From a virus (taxonomy: Duplodnaviria; Caudoviricetes): a DNA stretch of 50,864 nucleotides. Positions 26,017 through 35,566 of the stretch are shown in pieces; within the stretch, counting starts at the first letter, position 1, and each line of letters begins with the position of its first letter. The stretch lies in the IMG/VR virus record IMGVR_UViG_3300021062_000004, positions 1 to 50,864 of that record; one strand, given 5' to 3'. A model generated the notes under the pieces. The model did no database searches. It was not told the DNA's origin and was given only the letters and a program-made list of their open reading frames with translations. A program made the translations under genes and the position numbers.

Positions 26017-26724
26017 TTGGTGAACAGCCAGGATGGTGCTTGTTTTCGCTTGTTTGAAGCCGAAGAAGATGTTGATTGGGTGCCGCCAAATCCGAAATTC
26101 AAAGCGGCACTCCGAACCATCGCCAAGAACACGGTCAACTACTTTTACTGCAATGCGGACGGCCGTTACGCATCGGACAAGTGGATGAAGCGTCAGGTCT
26201 ATTTCCGGCATAAGAGCGAGCTTTGGAGGAAGGCGAACGAGGTGTGCCTCAAGATGTATGGAACCACGCTCCAATCCATGTTCCCTCGCATGAGCATCAT
26301 CGCCCTGTCGGATTATTACGAGGCAATCCGGAAGTCGTATTACAAGCATTTCAGGGACAAGCAGAGTGTTTGCGACGCTCCGCTGTTCGGCGACAAGGCG
26401 TCCCTGTCAGTCATCTACGCATATGCGGCCACGCATGAGGACTGCCCGTCCCGCGTGCTGAAAATCGGCTTCACCACCAAGCCTGTGGATGATTACATCG
26501 AGAAGCAGAACAAGCACCGCAAGCCCGTCAAGCTCGGCTCCATGATCGGAACGAAGGAAGATGAGGCGGCGTTGAAAGCCCGATTCGGCAAATACGTGGC
26601 GGCGGGCGACGAGTTCTTTTGGCCCAACAGCGAGATTATCGAGTGGATTCGCGACGCCATGAAGGACGACCTCGCCGCCGGATTCGACAACATCATCAAG
26701 ATTGAGTTTGGCTACAAGGGATGA
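26017..26724 (+). CDS. T5orf172/GIY-YIG-like domain protein
   Basis: IYAY..LKIGFTT..EDEAALKARF..GDEFF..EIIEWI; AAGGAGG. Confidence 0.7.
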   Translation: MVNSQDGACFRLFEAEEDVDWVPPNPKFKAALRTIAKNTVNYFYCNADGRYASDKWMKRQVYFRHKSELWRKANEVCLKMYGTTLQSMFPRMSIIALSDYYEAIRKSYYKHFRDKQSVCDAPLFGDKASLSVIYAYAATHEDCPSRVLKIGFTTKPVDDYIEKQNKHRKPVKLGSMIGTKEDEAALKARFGKYVAAGDEFFWPNSEIIEWIRDAMKDDLAAGFDNIIKIEFGYKG

Positions 26725-27044
26725 ACATGACAGCAGCAACATTTCCCCTCTTCGCCCCCCTCTCCCGCCGCACCGACCCCATCACCTCCCACATGGCGGA
26801 GCGGAAGCTTCGCCGCAGCGGCACGCTCGGCAAGCGGGCGGCGTTCGCCCTGGCGTGCGTGAGGGAATCACCGGACCGGACCGCCGCCGAGCTGGAGAAG
26901 AAGTACGGCGTCCGCGACGGTGTGATACGCAAGCGGCTGGCGGGTTTGGCGAAGGCCGGCCTCATCCGTCGCGGCCCCATCGCAAAGTGCTCGGTGACGC
27001 TGAGCATGTGCGTGACGTGGTATGTGCCGGAGGTGAGCACATGA
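26721..27044 (+). CDS. Winged-helix protein (RRTDPxTS type)
   Basis: RRTDPITSHMA..TAAELE..RKRLAGLAKAGLI. Confidence 0.7.
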   Translation: MNMTAATFPLFAPLSRRTDPITSHMAERKLRRSGTLGKRAAFALACVRESPDRTAAELEKKYGVRDGVIRKRLAGLAKAGLIRRGPIAKCSVTLSMCVTWYVPEVST

Positions 27045-27682
27045 AGCCCTATTACCACGACGAGGCGAGCGGCATCACCATCTACCACGGCGATTGCCGG
27101 GAGGTGGTTCCGACGCTGAGCGGCATTGATGCTGTCGTGACAGACCCGCCGTATGGCATTGCCGGCAAGTGGAAAGGCGGTTTTTCGACAGCTCATGGAT
27201 GGGGTCGTGCAGGCCAGATGGCGAACAAGCGGAATGAGTGGGACACAGAACCGCCGTCGAAAGAAACCATCGACCTCATGCTCTCAACTGGAAGTCAGCA
27301 CATTATTTGGGGCGGAAATTATTTCCAACTTCCTGTTTCGAGGTGCTGGCTGGTTTGGAATAAGCCCGAACGTGGATTCTCTCTTGCTGAGTGCGAACTG
27401 GCTTGGACTGACTTTGACAACGTGGCCCGTGTTTATGACTGCTGCCGAAGCGAACCAGACCGCGTTCATCCGACACAAAAGCCGCTTGCTTTGATGTCGT
27501 GGTGTATCAACAAAACTGATGGTTCAATCCTCGACCCCTTCATGGGCAGCGGCACCACGCTCGTCGCCGCCAAGCTCCAGGGCCGCCGTGCCATCGGCAT
27601 CGAAATCGAGGAACGCTATTGCGAGATAGCCGCCAAGCGGCTGGCTCAAAACTCATTGTTTAGCATGGGAGGTGTCGCATGA
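27041..27682 (+). CDS. DNA amino-methyltransferase (N6A/N4C, beta class), orphan
   Basis: IYHGDC, TDPPYG, HPTQKP, DPFMGSGTT, GIEIEERYC. Confidence 0.92.
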   Translation: MKPYYHDEASGITIYHGDCREVVPTLSGIDAVVTDPPYGIAGKWKGGFSTAHGWGRAGQMANKRNEWDTEPPSKETIDLMLSTGSQHIIWGGNYFQLPVSRCWLVWNKPERGFSLAECELAWTDFDNVARVYDCCRSEPDRVHPTQKPLALMSWCINKTDGSILDPFMGSGTTLVAAKLQGRRAIGIEIEERYCEIAAKRLAQNSLFSMGGVA

Positions 27683-27754
27683 CATGAGAGTCAATTCGGC
27701 TGTGGGGATTCTGTGCAACGGAAGGCACCATGAAACAGGGAACAGGAGGTAAGC

Positions 27755-28141
27755 GTGTCCAAGGCGGAACGCGACGATAGTTTTGATGAGGATTTCGAGG
27801 AACTGGCCCAGAAGCCGCCTCCACTCACGCCCCAGCAACGGAAGGCGTTCATTGTCGTGATTCGCGACATCTGGTTCGGCGGCACCATCGCCGACGATGA
27901 GCGTCCGCGAATCTTGCTGCTGGTGAAGCGGTTCAGTCAGAAGAATCCTGACCCCAACGAAATTAAGCGACGCTTCAGCGTCTACCGGGAGAAGTACCCA
28001 GATTGGGCCGACACGCCCGAGTCCCTGTGCAAGCATTGGGGCCGGTGCGGCTCGAATCCAACGGCGAAGAAGACCGTTGAGCAGGTGCAACAGGAGCAGT
28101 ACGAACGTCAATGGCGTATTGGTGACAGACACACCGCTTGA
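27755..28141 (+). CDS. Hypothetical protein
   Basis: AGGAGG then GTG. Confidence 0.65.
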   Translation: MSKAERDDSFDEDFEELAQKPPPLTPQQRKAFIVVIRDIWFGGTIADDERPRILLLVKRFSQKNPDPNEIKRRFSVYREKYPDWADTPESLCKHWGRCGSNPTAKKTVEQVQQEQYERQWRIGDRHTA

Positions 28142-28144
28142 AGA

Positions 28145-28366
28145 ATGGAGTGTGGTGCGATGGACAAGGCGAACGTGAATGGAGGCGTGTTGAAGGGTTC
28201 TTACATCAACGAAGCGATGGGCGAGAAGACGTGCTACGTCATTCGGGTCATCGACGAGTTCTATCCACAGAACAGCGATGGTCGAGGTCGCGGCGGAGCT
28301 GGACGCCGCACCCAAAGTGAGTACCGCTACAACCCGGTCAAGAAGACATGGGAGGTTCAGCCATGA
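28145..28366 (+). CDS. Hypothetical protein
   Basis: Fills gap; ATGA overlap with clamp gene. Confidence 0.55.
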   Translation: MECGAMDKANVNGGVLKGSYINEAMGEKTCYVIRVIDEFYPQNSDGRGRGGAGRRTQSEYRYNPVKKTWEVQP

Positions 28367-29457
28367 AACTGAAGATCACCCGCGAGCCGTTCGAGTCGGC
28401 CCTGGCGTTCTGCGGACGAGTCATCCCCGCCCGCACGCCGCAGGAATCGCTCCGCAACGTGCGGCTGGACGTGGACGAACGTGAGCTGAAGGCGTCCGCG
28501 ACGAATCTCAGCAGCCTCGTCAGCAAGTCCGTGGACAACGTGGACATCGCCTGCGGCGGCTCATGCCTCGTGAGCCACGAACTCCTGCACGGCATCGTCA
28601 AGTCGTCCGGCGACGAGGCGGTGTCGCTGGAACTTCACGGCGGCACGCTCGTCATCCGCACCGGCAGCGGCACATTCAAGCTGCCCACCGCCGGCCTCAG
28701 CACGTGGCCGGAGATGGACGCGGAGCTGGACACGCCGGATTCGTCCGTCATCACCACCGCCAACCACCTGCGGACGGCGTTGAAGTTCGTGAACGACGCC
28801 CAGGAAGAGTTTGAGGTGCAAGGCTATGCCACGACCTCCGTGCTGCTGGAGTCCACGGGCAAGAAGGCGTCGATGGTGGCCGTCAACGGCAACTGCATGT
28901 TCATCACGTCCTTCCCGTGCAGCGGAAGCGTGGTGGAGTCGATGCTGCTTCCGCCGTCACTCCGCACCTATCTCCTGTCGGAGCTGAAGGACGACGAGGA
29001 CGAGTGCTCCATCGAGAGGCACGGCAACCGGTTCGCCATCCGTGTCGGCGAATCCGTGCTGTTTGTGTCAACGCTCTTTGAAGGCCAGTTCCCGCCATAC
29101 AAGGACATGGTGGCGAAGAAGTGGGACGGCAACTTCACCGCCGGCGTCAAGACGCTCGACGACGCCGCCCGCACCATGCTCCTGCTGACGGACGAGGTGT
29201 CGCGGGCCGTCAACGTGGACTTCAACGGCAGCACCATCCGGTTCGCGGCGGCGACGGCCTCCATCGGAGAAGGCGACATCAGCGTCGGCGTGGAGTCCCT
29301 GGACGGGTGCAAGCCCATCGCCGCGAACGTGAAGCTGCTGCACGACATGTTGCGGCGGTTCGACGCGAAGCAGCAGGTCAAGGTGAAACTGGCGAAGACG
29401 ATGGCCCGGTTCGAGCAGGGCGACAACGTGGCCGTGCTGGCATTGGTGAACAGATGA
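28363..29457 (+). CDS. dnaN: DNA polymerase III beta sliding clamp-like protein
   Basis: 364 aa; MKLKITRE, ATNL, LFEGQFPPY; three-domain length. Confidence 0.85.
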   Translation: MKLKITREPFESALAFCGRVIPARTPQESLRNVRLDVDERELKASATNLSSLVSKSVDNVDIACGGSCLVSHELLHGIVKSSGDEAVSLELHGGTLVIRTGSGTFKLPTAGLSTWPEMDAELDTPDSSVITTANHLRTALKFVNDAQEEFEVQGYATTSVLLESTGKKASMVAVNGNCMFITSFPCSGSVVESMLLPPSLRTYLLSELKDDEDECSIERHGNRFAIRVGESVLFVSTLFEGQFPPYKDMVAKKWDGNFTAGVKTLDDAARTMLLLTDEVSRAVNVDFNGSTIRFAAATASIGEGDISVGVESLDGCKPIAANVKLLHDMLRRFDAKQQVKVKLAKTMARFEQGDNVAVLALVNR

Positions 29458-29750
29458 GACGCAAACCCAGCTTCAACATGCAGGATGTCCGCGACATTCT
29501 CATTCGGTTCGGCATCTCCTTGCCCGACCCATGGGAGGTCCTGAACCAAGTCCTTTCCGCACACGGCGTCGAGTATGCGGAACTCGTGAGCCGCCACCGG
29601 AACGAGCGTCTGTTCCGATGCCGACAGGAGGCCGCGAAGCAATTGCGTGAGAAGTGCGTCCTCAGTTGGCCGGAGATCGCGGCCATGTTCGGACGGAAGC
29701 ACCACTCCGGCATTCATTCCGCCGTGAAGAGGATGAAGGAGGTCGCATGA
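29454..29750 (+). CDS. DnaA domain IV-like stand-alone HTH
   Basis: ELVSRHR..RQEA..LSWPEIAAMFGRKHHSGIHSAVKR. Confidence 0.8.
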   Translation: MRRKPSFNMQDVRDILIRFGISLPDPWEVLNQVLSAHGVEYAELVSRHRNERLFRCRQEAAKQLREKCVLSWPEIAAMFGRKHHSGIHSAVKRMKEVA

Positions 29751-30037
29751 TGCCAGAGCTGACGCCGGAGATGGAAGTAATCATTGCCAACATTGTCAAC
29801 AATGCGATGAAGCGGGATGAGTTGGTTATCGACATCGACATTGAGGATGCCATTCTCGAATGCTGGCCCCTCATCGCGGCCCAGGAACGCGAGGCTTGTG
29901 CGAAGGTGGCGGACGAGCATGGCCGCAAGAGCAGGCTGGAAATACTCGACCCCGTGTACAACGACGGGTATGGAGATGGCTCTGAGATGGCGGGCATGGC
30001 CATCGCCGCCGCCATTCGCCGGAGGGGAGAGGCGTGA
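29747..30037 (+). CDS. Hypothetical phage protein (EREACAKVA motif)
   Basis: AAGGAGG; IAAAIRRRG end. Confidence 0.7.
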   Translation: MMPELTPEMEVIIANIVNNAMKRDELVIDIDIEDAILECWPLIAAQEREACAKVADEHGRKSRLEILDPVYNDGYGDGSEMAGMAIAAAIRRRGEA

Positions 30038-30378
30038 AATTCATCATCCCCGTCAAGGTCATTTCGGAGGCGAACCAGCGGGAACATCCGATGGCACGTC
30101 ATCGCCGGAAGCGAAAGCAGCAGGACGCCGCCGCACTCGTGTGTCGCCAGCACGACATCATCGAGCACTATCAACGCGACATGACCGTGCGTCTCACCCG
30201 CCTGGTGCCGAAGCGGTATCCGCGATTGATGGACTCAGACAATCTTGCCGGCTCGTTCAAGCACGTCCAGGACGCCATCGCGGACGAGATTCGCGTGAAC
30301 GACCGTGACGTGAAGTGGGAGTACGCCCAGCGTGTCGGCGATGACTACGGCGTGGAAGTGGAACTTATTCAGGCGTAA
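30034..30378 (+). CDS. RusA-like Holliday junction resolvase
   Basis: MDSDNLAGSFKHVQDAI..VNDRDV..YAQ. Confidence 0.75.
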   Translation: MKFIIPVKVISEANQREHPMARHRRKRKQQDAAALVCRQHDIIEHYQRDMTVRLTRLVPKRYPRLMDSDNLAGSFKHVQDAIADEIRVNDRDVKWEYAQRVGDDYGVEVELIQA

Positions 30379-30389
30379 GGAGCCAGCAC

Positions 30390-30656
30390 ATGAACTCGTA
30401 CCTCATCGTTTGTGGAGCATTTGTCTTCACTGTTCTTATCATCTCGATTACTTGCGTGATCGACAGCGTAATCACAAAACGCCATGAGTACCGGATGAAA
30501 TGTCCTCCGAAGGAATCCAGGGTCGCCAAGATTCCGTCTGTGAAGGCTGATCCGATGACTTTCACCACGAATGAATGGCATTGCGAAGTTACAAGCAAAC
30601 CCCGACACAAACCCCGTCGCAAGCCCCGCACCACCAACCGAAAGGCCAAGAAGTGA
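30390..30656 (+). CDS. Small membrane protein with basic tail
   Basis: AAGGAG; N-terminal hydrophobic helix. Confidence 0.6.
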   Translation: MNSYLIVCGAFVFTVLIISITCVIDSVITKRHEYRMKCPPKESRVAKIPSVKADPMTFTTNEWHCEVTSKPRHKPRRKPRTTNRKAKK

Positions 30657-31162
30657 ACGAAAACTTGATTGAATCGGGTGCACTTCTGTCTCAGTGTCGT
30701 ACATACCGGTACACCCTCTGGCGTATCTGGAGCGAAATTGAGCCATGCGTCGCATTCATCGGCCTGAACCCGTCCACTGCCGACGAGAAGAAAGACGACC
30801 CCACCATTCGTCGCTGCATTGGGTTTGCCAAGTCTTGGGGATACGGCGGAATCGTTATGTTGAACTTGTTTGCGTACCGCTCCACCGACCCCAGGAGGTT
30901 GCCTGCCGCCGATGACCCGGTTGGGCCAGACAACGATGGTCATTTGTGCAGCCAGCATTCCGCGTGCGTGATGACCGTTGCCGCATGGGGCGTTCATGGA
31001 GCGTTGCGGGACAGAGGCCGGGATGTTCATGCAATGCTTGGGAAATTGCATCATCTAGGCCTTACGAAAGACGGCCATCCCAAGCATCCGTTGTATTTGC
31101 CCGGCTCAACCCAGCCCATCGAATGGAACACCCCAACACTTTGCACGGAGGCTCACGCATGA
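30653..31162 (+). CDS. DUF1643 family protein
   Basis: YRYTLWRIW, FIGLNPSTAD, NLFAYRSTDP, AAWG, HPKHPLY. Confidence 0.9.
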   Translation: MNENLIESGALLSQCRTYRYTLWRIWSEIEPCVAFIGLNPSTADEKKDDPTIRRCIGFAKSWGYGGIVMLNLFAYRSTDPRRLPAADDPVGPDNDGHLCSQHSACVMTVAAWGVHGALRDRGRDVHAMLGKLHHLGLTKDGHPKHPLYLPGSTQPIEWNTPTLCTEAHA

Positions 31163-32760
31163 CCATCAAAACCAAGCCAGACGAGTCGGACGAGAAGCGG
31201 ATTGTCCGCGAGGTCGAGAAGGCCCTGGACGAACTCAAGGCCACTGTGGAGCAGGCCAGGCGTGACGACGAGGCCCGGTTCGCGAAATATGACGAGCGGA
31301 TGATGCTGCTGGAGCAGCGGATGGAAGGCTTGGAGCCGTCCGCTCCGCCGCTCCCCATGCTCTCCATCTCGTCCGCCTGCGAGGTGGATGTGCCCGGCGT
31401 CCCCATGCTGCCCGTCATCAGCGTCACGCCGGAGCGGACGAACGAGTACGTGGAGTACGAGTGCAAGCGGCTGCTGGGTGCGGACTACGCCAGCTTCAAA
31501 GGCTGGGTGGTCATCAACACGCGGGAGACGAACTTCACCGATGCAGTGAACGACATGGCTCGTGCCACGAACCATCTTCCGAATGCGTTGTTGATTGCGT
31601 ATTCGGCACAGGGGAGTTGGCCTGCGGGGTATGAAGGCATCGCTCTGTCCGCTCCAGTTCACCACGACACACTGTTCAACATTGACGATGCAATCACGTA
31701 CTCAGCCGGAATGGCCGCATGTCCCGTCATCGCTTTCATCTACGACCGTGGCCACGACGCGATGGAGAACGCCTTCTCGCTCGTGCCAGACGCCGACCTG
31801 TACCAGCTTGCGGCGTCGCTGAAGGCCGCAGGCGTCGCCGTGTGCCTCTGGAGCACGGGCCAGTACCTGCTGCGGCAGCCGGATTGCCCGCAGGCCATCC
31901 GCGACGAGTGCGAGGCACAAGGCGAGCCGCACGAGGTCTACATGGCCCGCCGCATCAAGCACTCGATGGCGGTGGTGAAGGCGGGCTACAACGGCACGCC
32001 GGCCCCCGAGCCGTTCGTGGTGGTGCCGAAGGTGGTGACGCCGCCCAACTTGACTCTTGTGCCCATTCCTGCGTCCGGCCCGATTGTTTTGGACAACATG
32101 AAGGACATGCTCGTCACCGGCACAATGACCGGACGGGCCGACGCCATTCTCGTGAACAATGGGAAGCTCGCCGAGAACATCGTGGTGCAGAACTTCGGTG
32201 CGTATGACCTCACGCACTCCGGCATCTACATCGGCAAGGGAAAGAATTGGACCCTGCATCAGGTCACTCTTCACGACAATCCGAACGGAAGCGAGGATGA
32301 GCGAGCACTTCGAGTCGCCGAGTGCGATGGGCTGAACATTACGGAGTTGAGCATCAGATGGCCCGGCAAGTCGCCCATCTGGCTTCTGAAGGTGAAGAAC
32401 GTCGCGATGGATGGTGTCGTGACCACGGGCGGAGCATGGCGGCTGGGCATCAGGTTTTCTGACGACCATCTTGGCGTCGGCTTGTGCGAGCACTTCATCT
32501 CCAGAAACTTTGTCATCAACAAGCAGTCCGGCGGCGACGCCAACGCGATTGAGGCATGGGCCGGTTGCCATGACGTTCAATTCATTGGCGGAAACATCAA
32601 CGGCGGCTCACATTGGCTGAGCATCGACAACAACAACACGGGCAACATTCGCTGGTCGAATGTCCACTGGAACGGGAACCTCATCACCGGATGGGAAGGC
32701 GTGCGGCTTGGCAGCATGACGCAGGCCGAAGCCATTGCTCGTGGGATTGGACCGTTATGA
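31159..32760 (+). CDS. Multidomain protein with C-terminal parallel beta-helix-like repeats
   Basis: GGAGG; N-terminal coiled coil; Asn/Gly/Ile-rich repeats (ENIVVQN, KNWTLHQ, DGLNITE, KNVAMDG). Confidence 0.65.
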   Translation: MTIKTKPDESDEKRIVREVEKALDELKATVEQARRDDEARFAKYDERMMLLEQRMEGLEPSAPPLPMLSISSACEVDVPGVPMLPVISVTPERTNEYVEYECKRLLGADYASFKGWVVINTRETNFTDAVNDMARATNHLPNALLIAYSAQGSWPAGYEGIALSAPVHHDTLFNIDDAITYSAGMAACPVIAFIYDRGHDAMENAFSLVPDADLYQLAASLKAAGVAVCLWSTGQYLLRQPDCPQAIRDECEAQGEPHEVYMARRIKHSMAVVKAGYNGTPAPEPFVVVPKVVTPPNLTLVPIPASGPIVLDNMKDMLVTGTMTGRADAILVNNGKLAENIVVQNFGAYDLTHSGIYIGKGKNWTLHQVTLHDNPNGSEDERALRVAECDGLNITELSIRWPGKSPIWLLKVKNVAMDGVVTTGGAWRLGIRFSDDHLGVGLCEHFISRNFVINKQSGGDANAIEAWAGCHDVQFIGGNINGGSHWLSIDNNNTGNIRWSNVHWNGNLITGWEGVRLGSMTQAEAIARGIGPL

Positions 32761-32870
32761 AGCACCGGCTCAAGCCCATCAACTCCGCAGATCGCCTGTA
32801 CCTGAGTGCAGTGATCGCGGGCCTCGTCTTTCTGGTCTTCGCCTTCGGGCGGCAGAAAGGGTGGTGGTGA
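32757..32870 (+). CDS. Small transmembrane peptide (37 aa)
   Basis: ATGA overlap; single hydrophobic helix. Confidence 0.55.
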   Translation: MKHRLKPINSADRLYLSAVIAGLVFLVFAFGRQKGWW

Positions 32871-32933
32871 GGCGTCGGCTTGACAATCCTGGAGGCGAGA
32901 CAACGCCGCACACGCGGCAGAATCGAGGACAGC

Positions 32934-33530
32934 ATGACGAACGCATTGCTGGTCGCACTGTTCCTGCTCGCAACCAATGCGAAAGGAGGTGAAGGGCACA
33001 TGCCCGAAATCCAGGTGTCCTTCTCGCCCGCGTTCGCCGTCCAAGGCAAGGGACACGTCGTCACGTTGTCCGACGACCAGTTCCTTGTCGCCACGGCGAA
33101 CGACATCGCGATGGGCAGCGTGTCCAACCATCGCCAGCGGGTCGTCATCGAATCGCTCGTGGACCCGGAGATGTCCCTGTCGGTCGGCAACGTGAATGAG
33201 CAGGTGGCCCGTGCCACGGCGACCATGCTCTGGACGGGCGAGCAGCCCATGAAGTCAGAGGGCGGAGGGTCGCTGGGCTCCGCGTGTGCGGAGCGATTTT
33301 ACGACCAGGGGATTGAGGACTTCGACACGTACATCTACGGCGGGTTCGCAACCTGCGGGCAGTTCCTCGAACTTGAGGACCAGGCCAAGTGCATGGCGGC
33401 TTACCTGGCAAGGTACTGGGACCAATGCTGCGAGGCGTGCGAGACCTACCGCCGGTGCTGCGAGGAGTTGGACGAGCCGCTGAACAGGATGATCCTGACC
33501 TGGTGTGCGGAAGTGCCGCCGTGCGATTGA
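32934..33530 (+). CDS. Putative secreted protein with Cys-rich helical C-terminus
   Basis: GAGGA upstream; signal-like MTNALLVALFLLA; CCEACETYRRCC. Confidence 0.6.
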   Translation: MTNALLVALFLLATNAKGGEGHMPEIQVSFSPAFAVQGKGHVVTLSDDQFLVATANDIAMGSVSNHRQRVVIESLVDPEMSLSVGNVNEQVARATATMLWTGEQPMKSEGGGSLGSACAERFYDQGIEDFDTYIYGGFATCGQFLELEDQAKCMAAYLARYWDQCCEACETYRRCCEELDEPLNRMILTWCAEVPPCD

Positions 33531-33579
33531 CGACACACCCCTCCCCGGACGGAAGTTCGGGGGCGGGAATTGAAAGGAT

Positions 33580-33957
33580 GTGAACATGCCATGTCAAATG
33601 TGTGAAAAACGCGGAAAGAACTGGGAAGGCGGCGACCCTACATGTGCCTTCACGGACACGCTGTTCTCTCCGGACAACTGGAATTGTGCCACCGTGAACG
33701 CGATTCGCGACATCGTGTACGAAGGTCAGGAGTTGCAAGAAGGCGTCGCGTATCAATATTGCGACGACATGAAGTACGCCACCATCGATGTCAGCGACAT
33801 TGAAGGTGTCATGGGTTATTGCCTGTGGGTGTGCTGGTACAAGAACCGTGGCGGAACCGACGCACTCTGGCTCCTCGACAGCAGGGACAGGCCGCGTCCT
33901 CCAACTGAGGGCGAATGCCGAAGAATCATCGAACATTACGAGGGCAAATCCGCATGA
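33580..33957 (+). CDS. Hypothetical phage protein (NWNCAT, WYKNRG motifs)
   Basis: AAAGGA upstream. Confidence 0.7.
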   Translation: MNMPCQMCEKRGKNWEGGDPTCAFTDTLFSPDNWNCATVNAIRDIVYEGQELQEGVAYQYCDDMKYATIDVSDIEGVMGYCLWVCWYKNRGGTDALWLLDSRDRPRPPTEGECRRIIEHYEGKSA

Positions 33958-34081
33958 CCTCCCCCTACTTCAACCCGTCATTGCACTCGTCCGGCAAGTC
34001 GCTCTTTGAGCGGAGGCCGGAGTGGAGGCCGCGTCGCGACGAATCACCTTTGGCCGCCCTCGCGGCGGGGAAGGAGCGGGG

Positions 34082-34573
34082 ATGAGCGAACCCAGAGACG
34101 CAATGAAGGACGTGCATATGCCGAAGGTGCCTGCTCAGGTTCACGCAAGTCGGCTCGAATCCATCGGCCAGAGCATCGCGGTAGGTCACAACGCCATCGA
34201 CCAACTGGCTCAATATCGGACGGGAATTGAGAACGCCATCCGGATGATGAGCGGCGACCCTGATGGCAAAATCCCGTGGGAGGATTGGTCGAAAGTCGAT
34301 GAAATTCTCCAGTCCTATGCGGTTCAGTTTGACGCCAGCGTGGATGCGACTGCGGAACTCTCCCGCATCCGAGAGCTCCTAGGCCTGCCGGAGAACGGGG
34401 ATGTGGTGGCTGAGATCGAGCGTATCGGTTCGCTGAAGGAGTGGATGCAGAAGTTCTCCCCCGACCAAGACACCGCAGGGGGATTGCTCAAGCTGTCGGA
34501 TGAACTGCTCGGACTCCGCAAGCGAAACGCCGAGTTGGAGGCGGAGCTTGCGAAGTATCGTGGGACAACATGA
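34082..34573 (+). CDS. Hypothetical coiled-coil protein
   Basis: AAGGAG upstream. Confidence 0.65.
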   Translation: MSEPRDAMKDVHMPKVPAQVHASRLESIGQSIAVGHNAIDQLAQYRTGIENAIRMMSGDPDGKIPWEDWSKVDEILQSYAVQFDASVDATAELSRIRELLGLPENGDVVAEIERIGSLKEWMQKFSPDQDTAGGLLKLSDELLGLRKRNAELEAELAKYRGTT

Positions 34574-34785
34574 CCCACCCCCTCACACCACGGCAGAGGC
34601 AGGTCGCGGAACTTATCGCGGAAGGCCTTCGCTCCCGCGAGATTGGCGAGCGGCTGTTCATCAGCAGCCAGACCGTGGACCGTCACGTTGAGGACATCGC
34701 CCACAAGCTCGGCATCGTCGGGAACGTAAGGTTGAAGATAGCTGCCTACATTCTCGTGGGGACGATGCCCCAATTATCCGAGTAG
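34570..34785 (+). CDS. LuxR/GerE-type HTH regulator (possible late activator)
   Basis: LTPRQRQVAELIAEGLRSREIGERLFISSQTVDRHVEDIAHKLG. Confidence 0.9.
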   Translation: MTHPLTPRQRQVAELIAEGLRSREIGERLFISSQTVDRHVEDIAHKLGIVGNVRLKIAAYILVGTMPQLSE

Positions 34786-34835
34786 GGGTTATTTCGGCGG
34801 CGAACCGCTTGTAATATCCATGCAGGAGTGCATGG

Positions 34836-35126
34836 ATGCCAAGCTCAACACAATCACTCGGTGTTGGTCAAGAGGGGTTCCTTGCCGGGATACTTGGCAA
34901 GCAGTCGGGGCAAATCCTTCTGGGGTTCGCGATATTCATGTCTCTTTGGTTTTGGGTGGTCAAGCCTGAAATCAACCGCAGTCACGAGTTCGCCAAGACG
35001 ATCGCTGACATCTCCGCCTCCAACGCAGACACGGCACGCACGCTCTTGAAGGCGAGCGAAGCCCTTGAATCCACCGCCAAATCGCTCTCGATGGCGACCA
35101 TGGAACTCAACAAGGAACGTCCATGA
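34836..35126 (+). CDS. Putative holin-like membrane protein
   Basis: One hydrophobic helix then coiled coil; heads the membrane-protein cluster. Confidence 0.55.
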   Translation: MPSSTQSLGVGQEGFLAGILGKQSGQILLGFAIFMSLWFWVVKPEINRSHEFAKTIADISASNADTARTLLKASEALESTAKSLSMATMELNKERP

Positions 35127-35302
35127 GCATGACACAAATCATGTCGAATCTTGCGGCCCAGGCGGCGGCACTGAGAGCCAAGAAGCAGATTCAGGACCTC
35201 CAGGAGCTTGCCGACCAGCTTGAGCAGGAGGCCCAGCGGATTGAGCAGGCCATCGATGCACTGAACCGGATTTTCCAAAACCCCGAGTACATCGACGAAT
35301 GA
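35123..35302 (+). CDS. Small coiled-coil protein (59 aa)
   Basis: Translated by hand: MSMTQIMSNLAAQAAALRAKKQIQDLQ.. Confidence 0.6.
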   Translation: MSMTQIMSNLAAQAAALRAKKQIQDLQELADQLEQEAQRIEQAIDALNRIFQNPEYIDE

Positions 35303-35357
35303 CCTTTCTTCTTTCTCCCCGCCGTCCGTGGTCGCAAGCCACGGATGGCTTTGACAG

Positions 35358-35549
35358 ATGTTCCACGACGACCCCAACCCACGCGGACATTACACCGACC
35401 CGCTCCATCGGCTGCGACGGGCGGAAGCGAAGGTTCGCAAGCAACAGCACGACGAGCCTCCATCGCCGTGGCTGCTGGTGTTCGGCATCGTCGCGTCCCT
35501 GGCCGTGATTGGCATGCTGATTTGGCTGGCGGGAGGGATGCCACTATGA
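35358..35549 (+). CDS. Small membrane protein
   Basis: C-terminal hydrophobic helix. Confidence 0.55.
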   Translation: MFHDDPNPRGHYTDPLHRLRRAEAKVRKQQHDEPPSPWLLVFGIVASLAVIGMLIWLAGGMPL

Positions 35550-35566
35550 ACCCAAAGGAAAACACC

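Noticed and set aside
24572-26023. 483-aa plus-strand ORF
   Set aside because: Runs through attP and overlaps the integrase in another frame; no motifs
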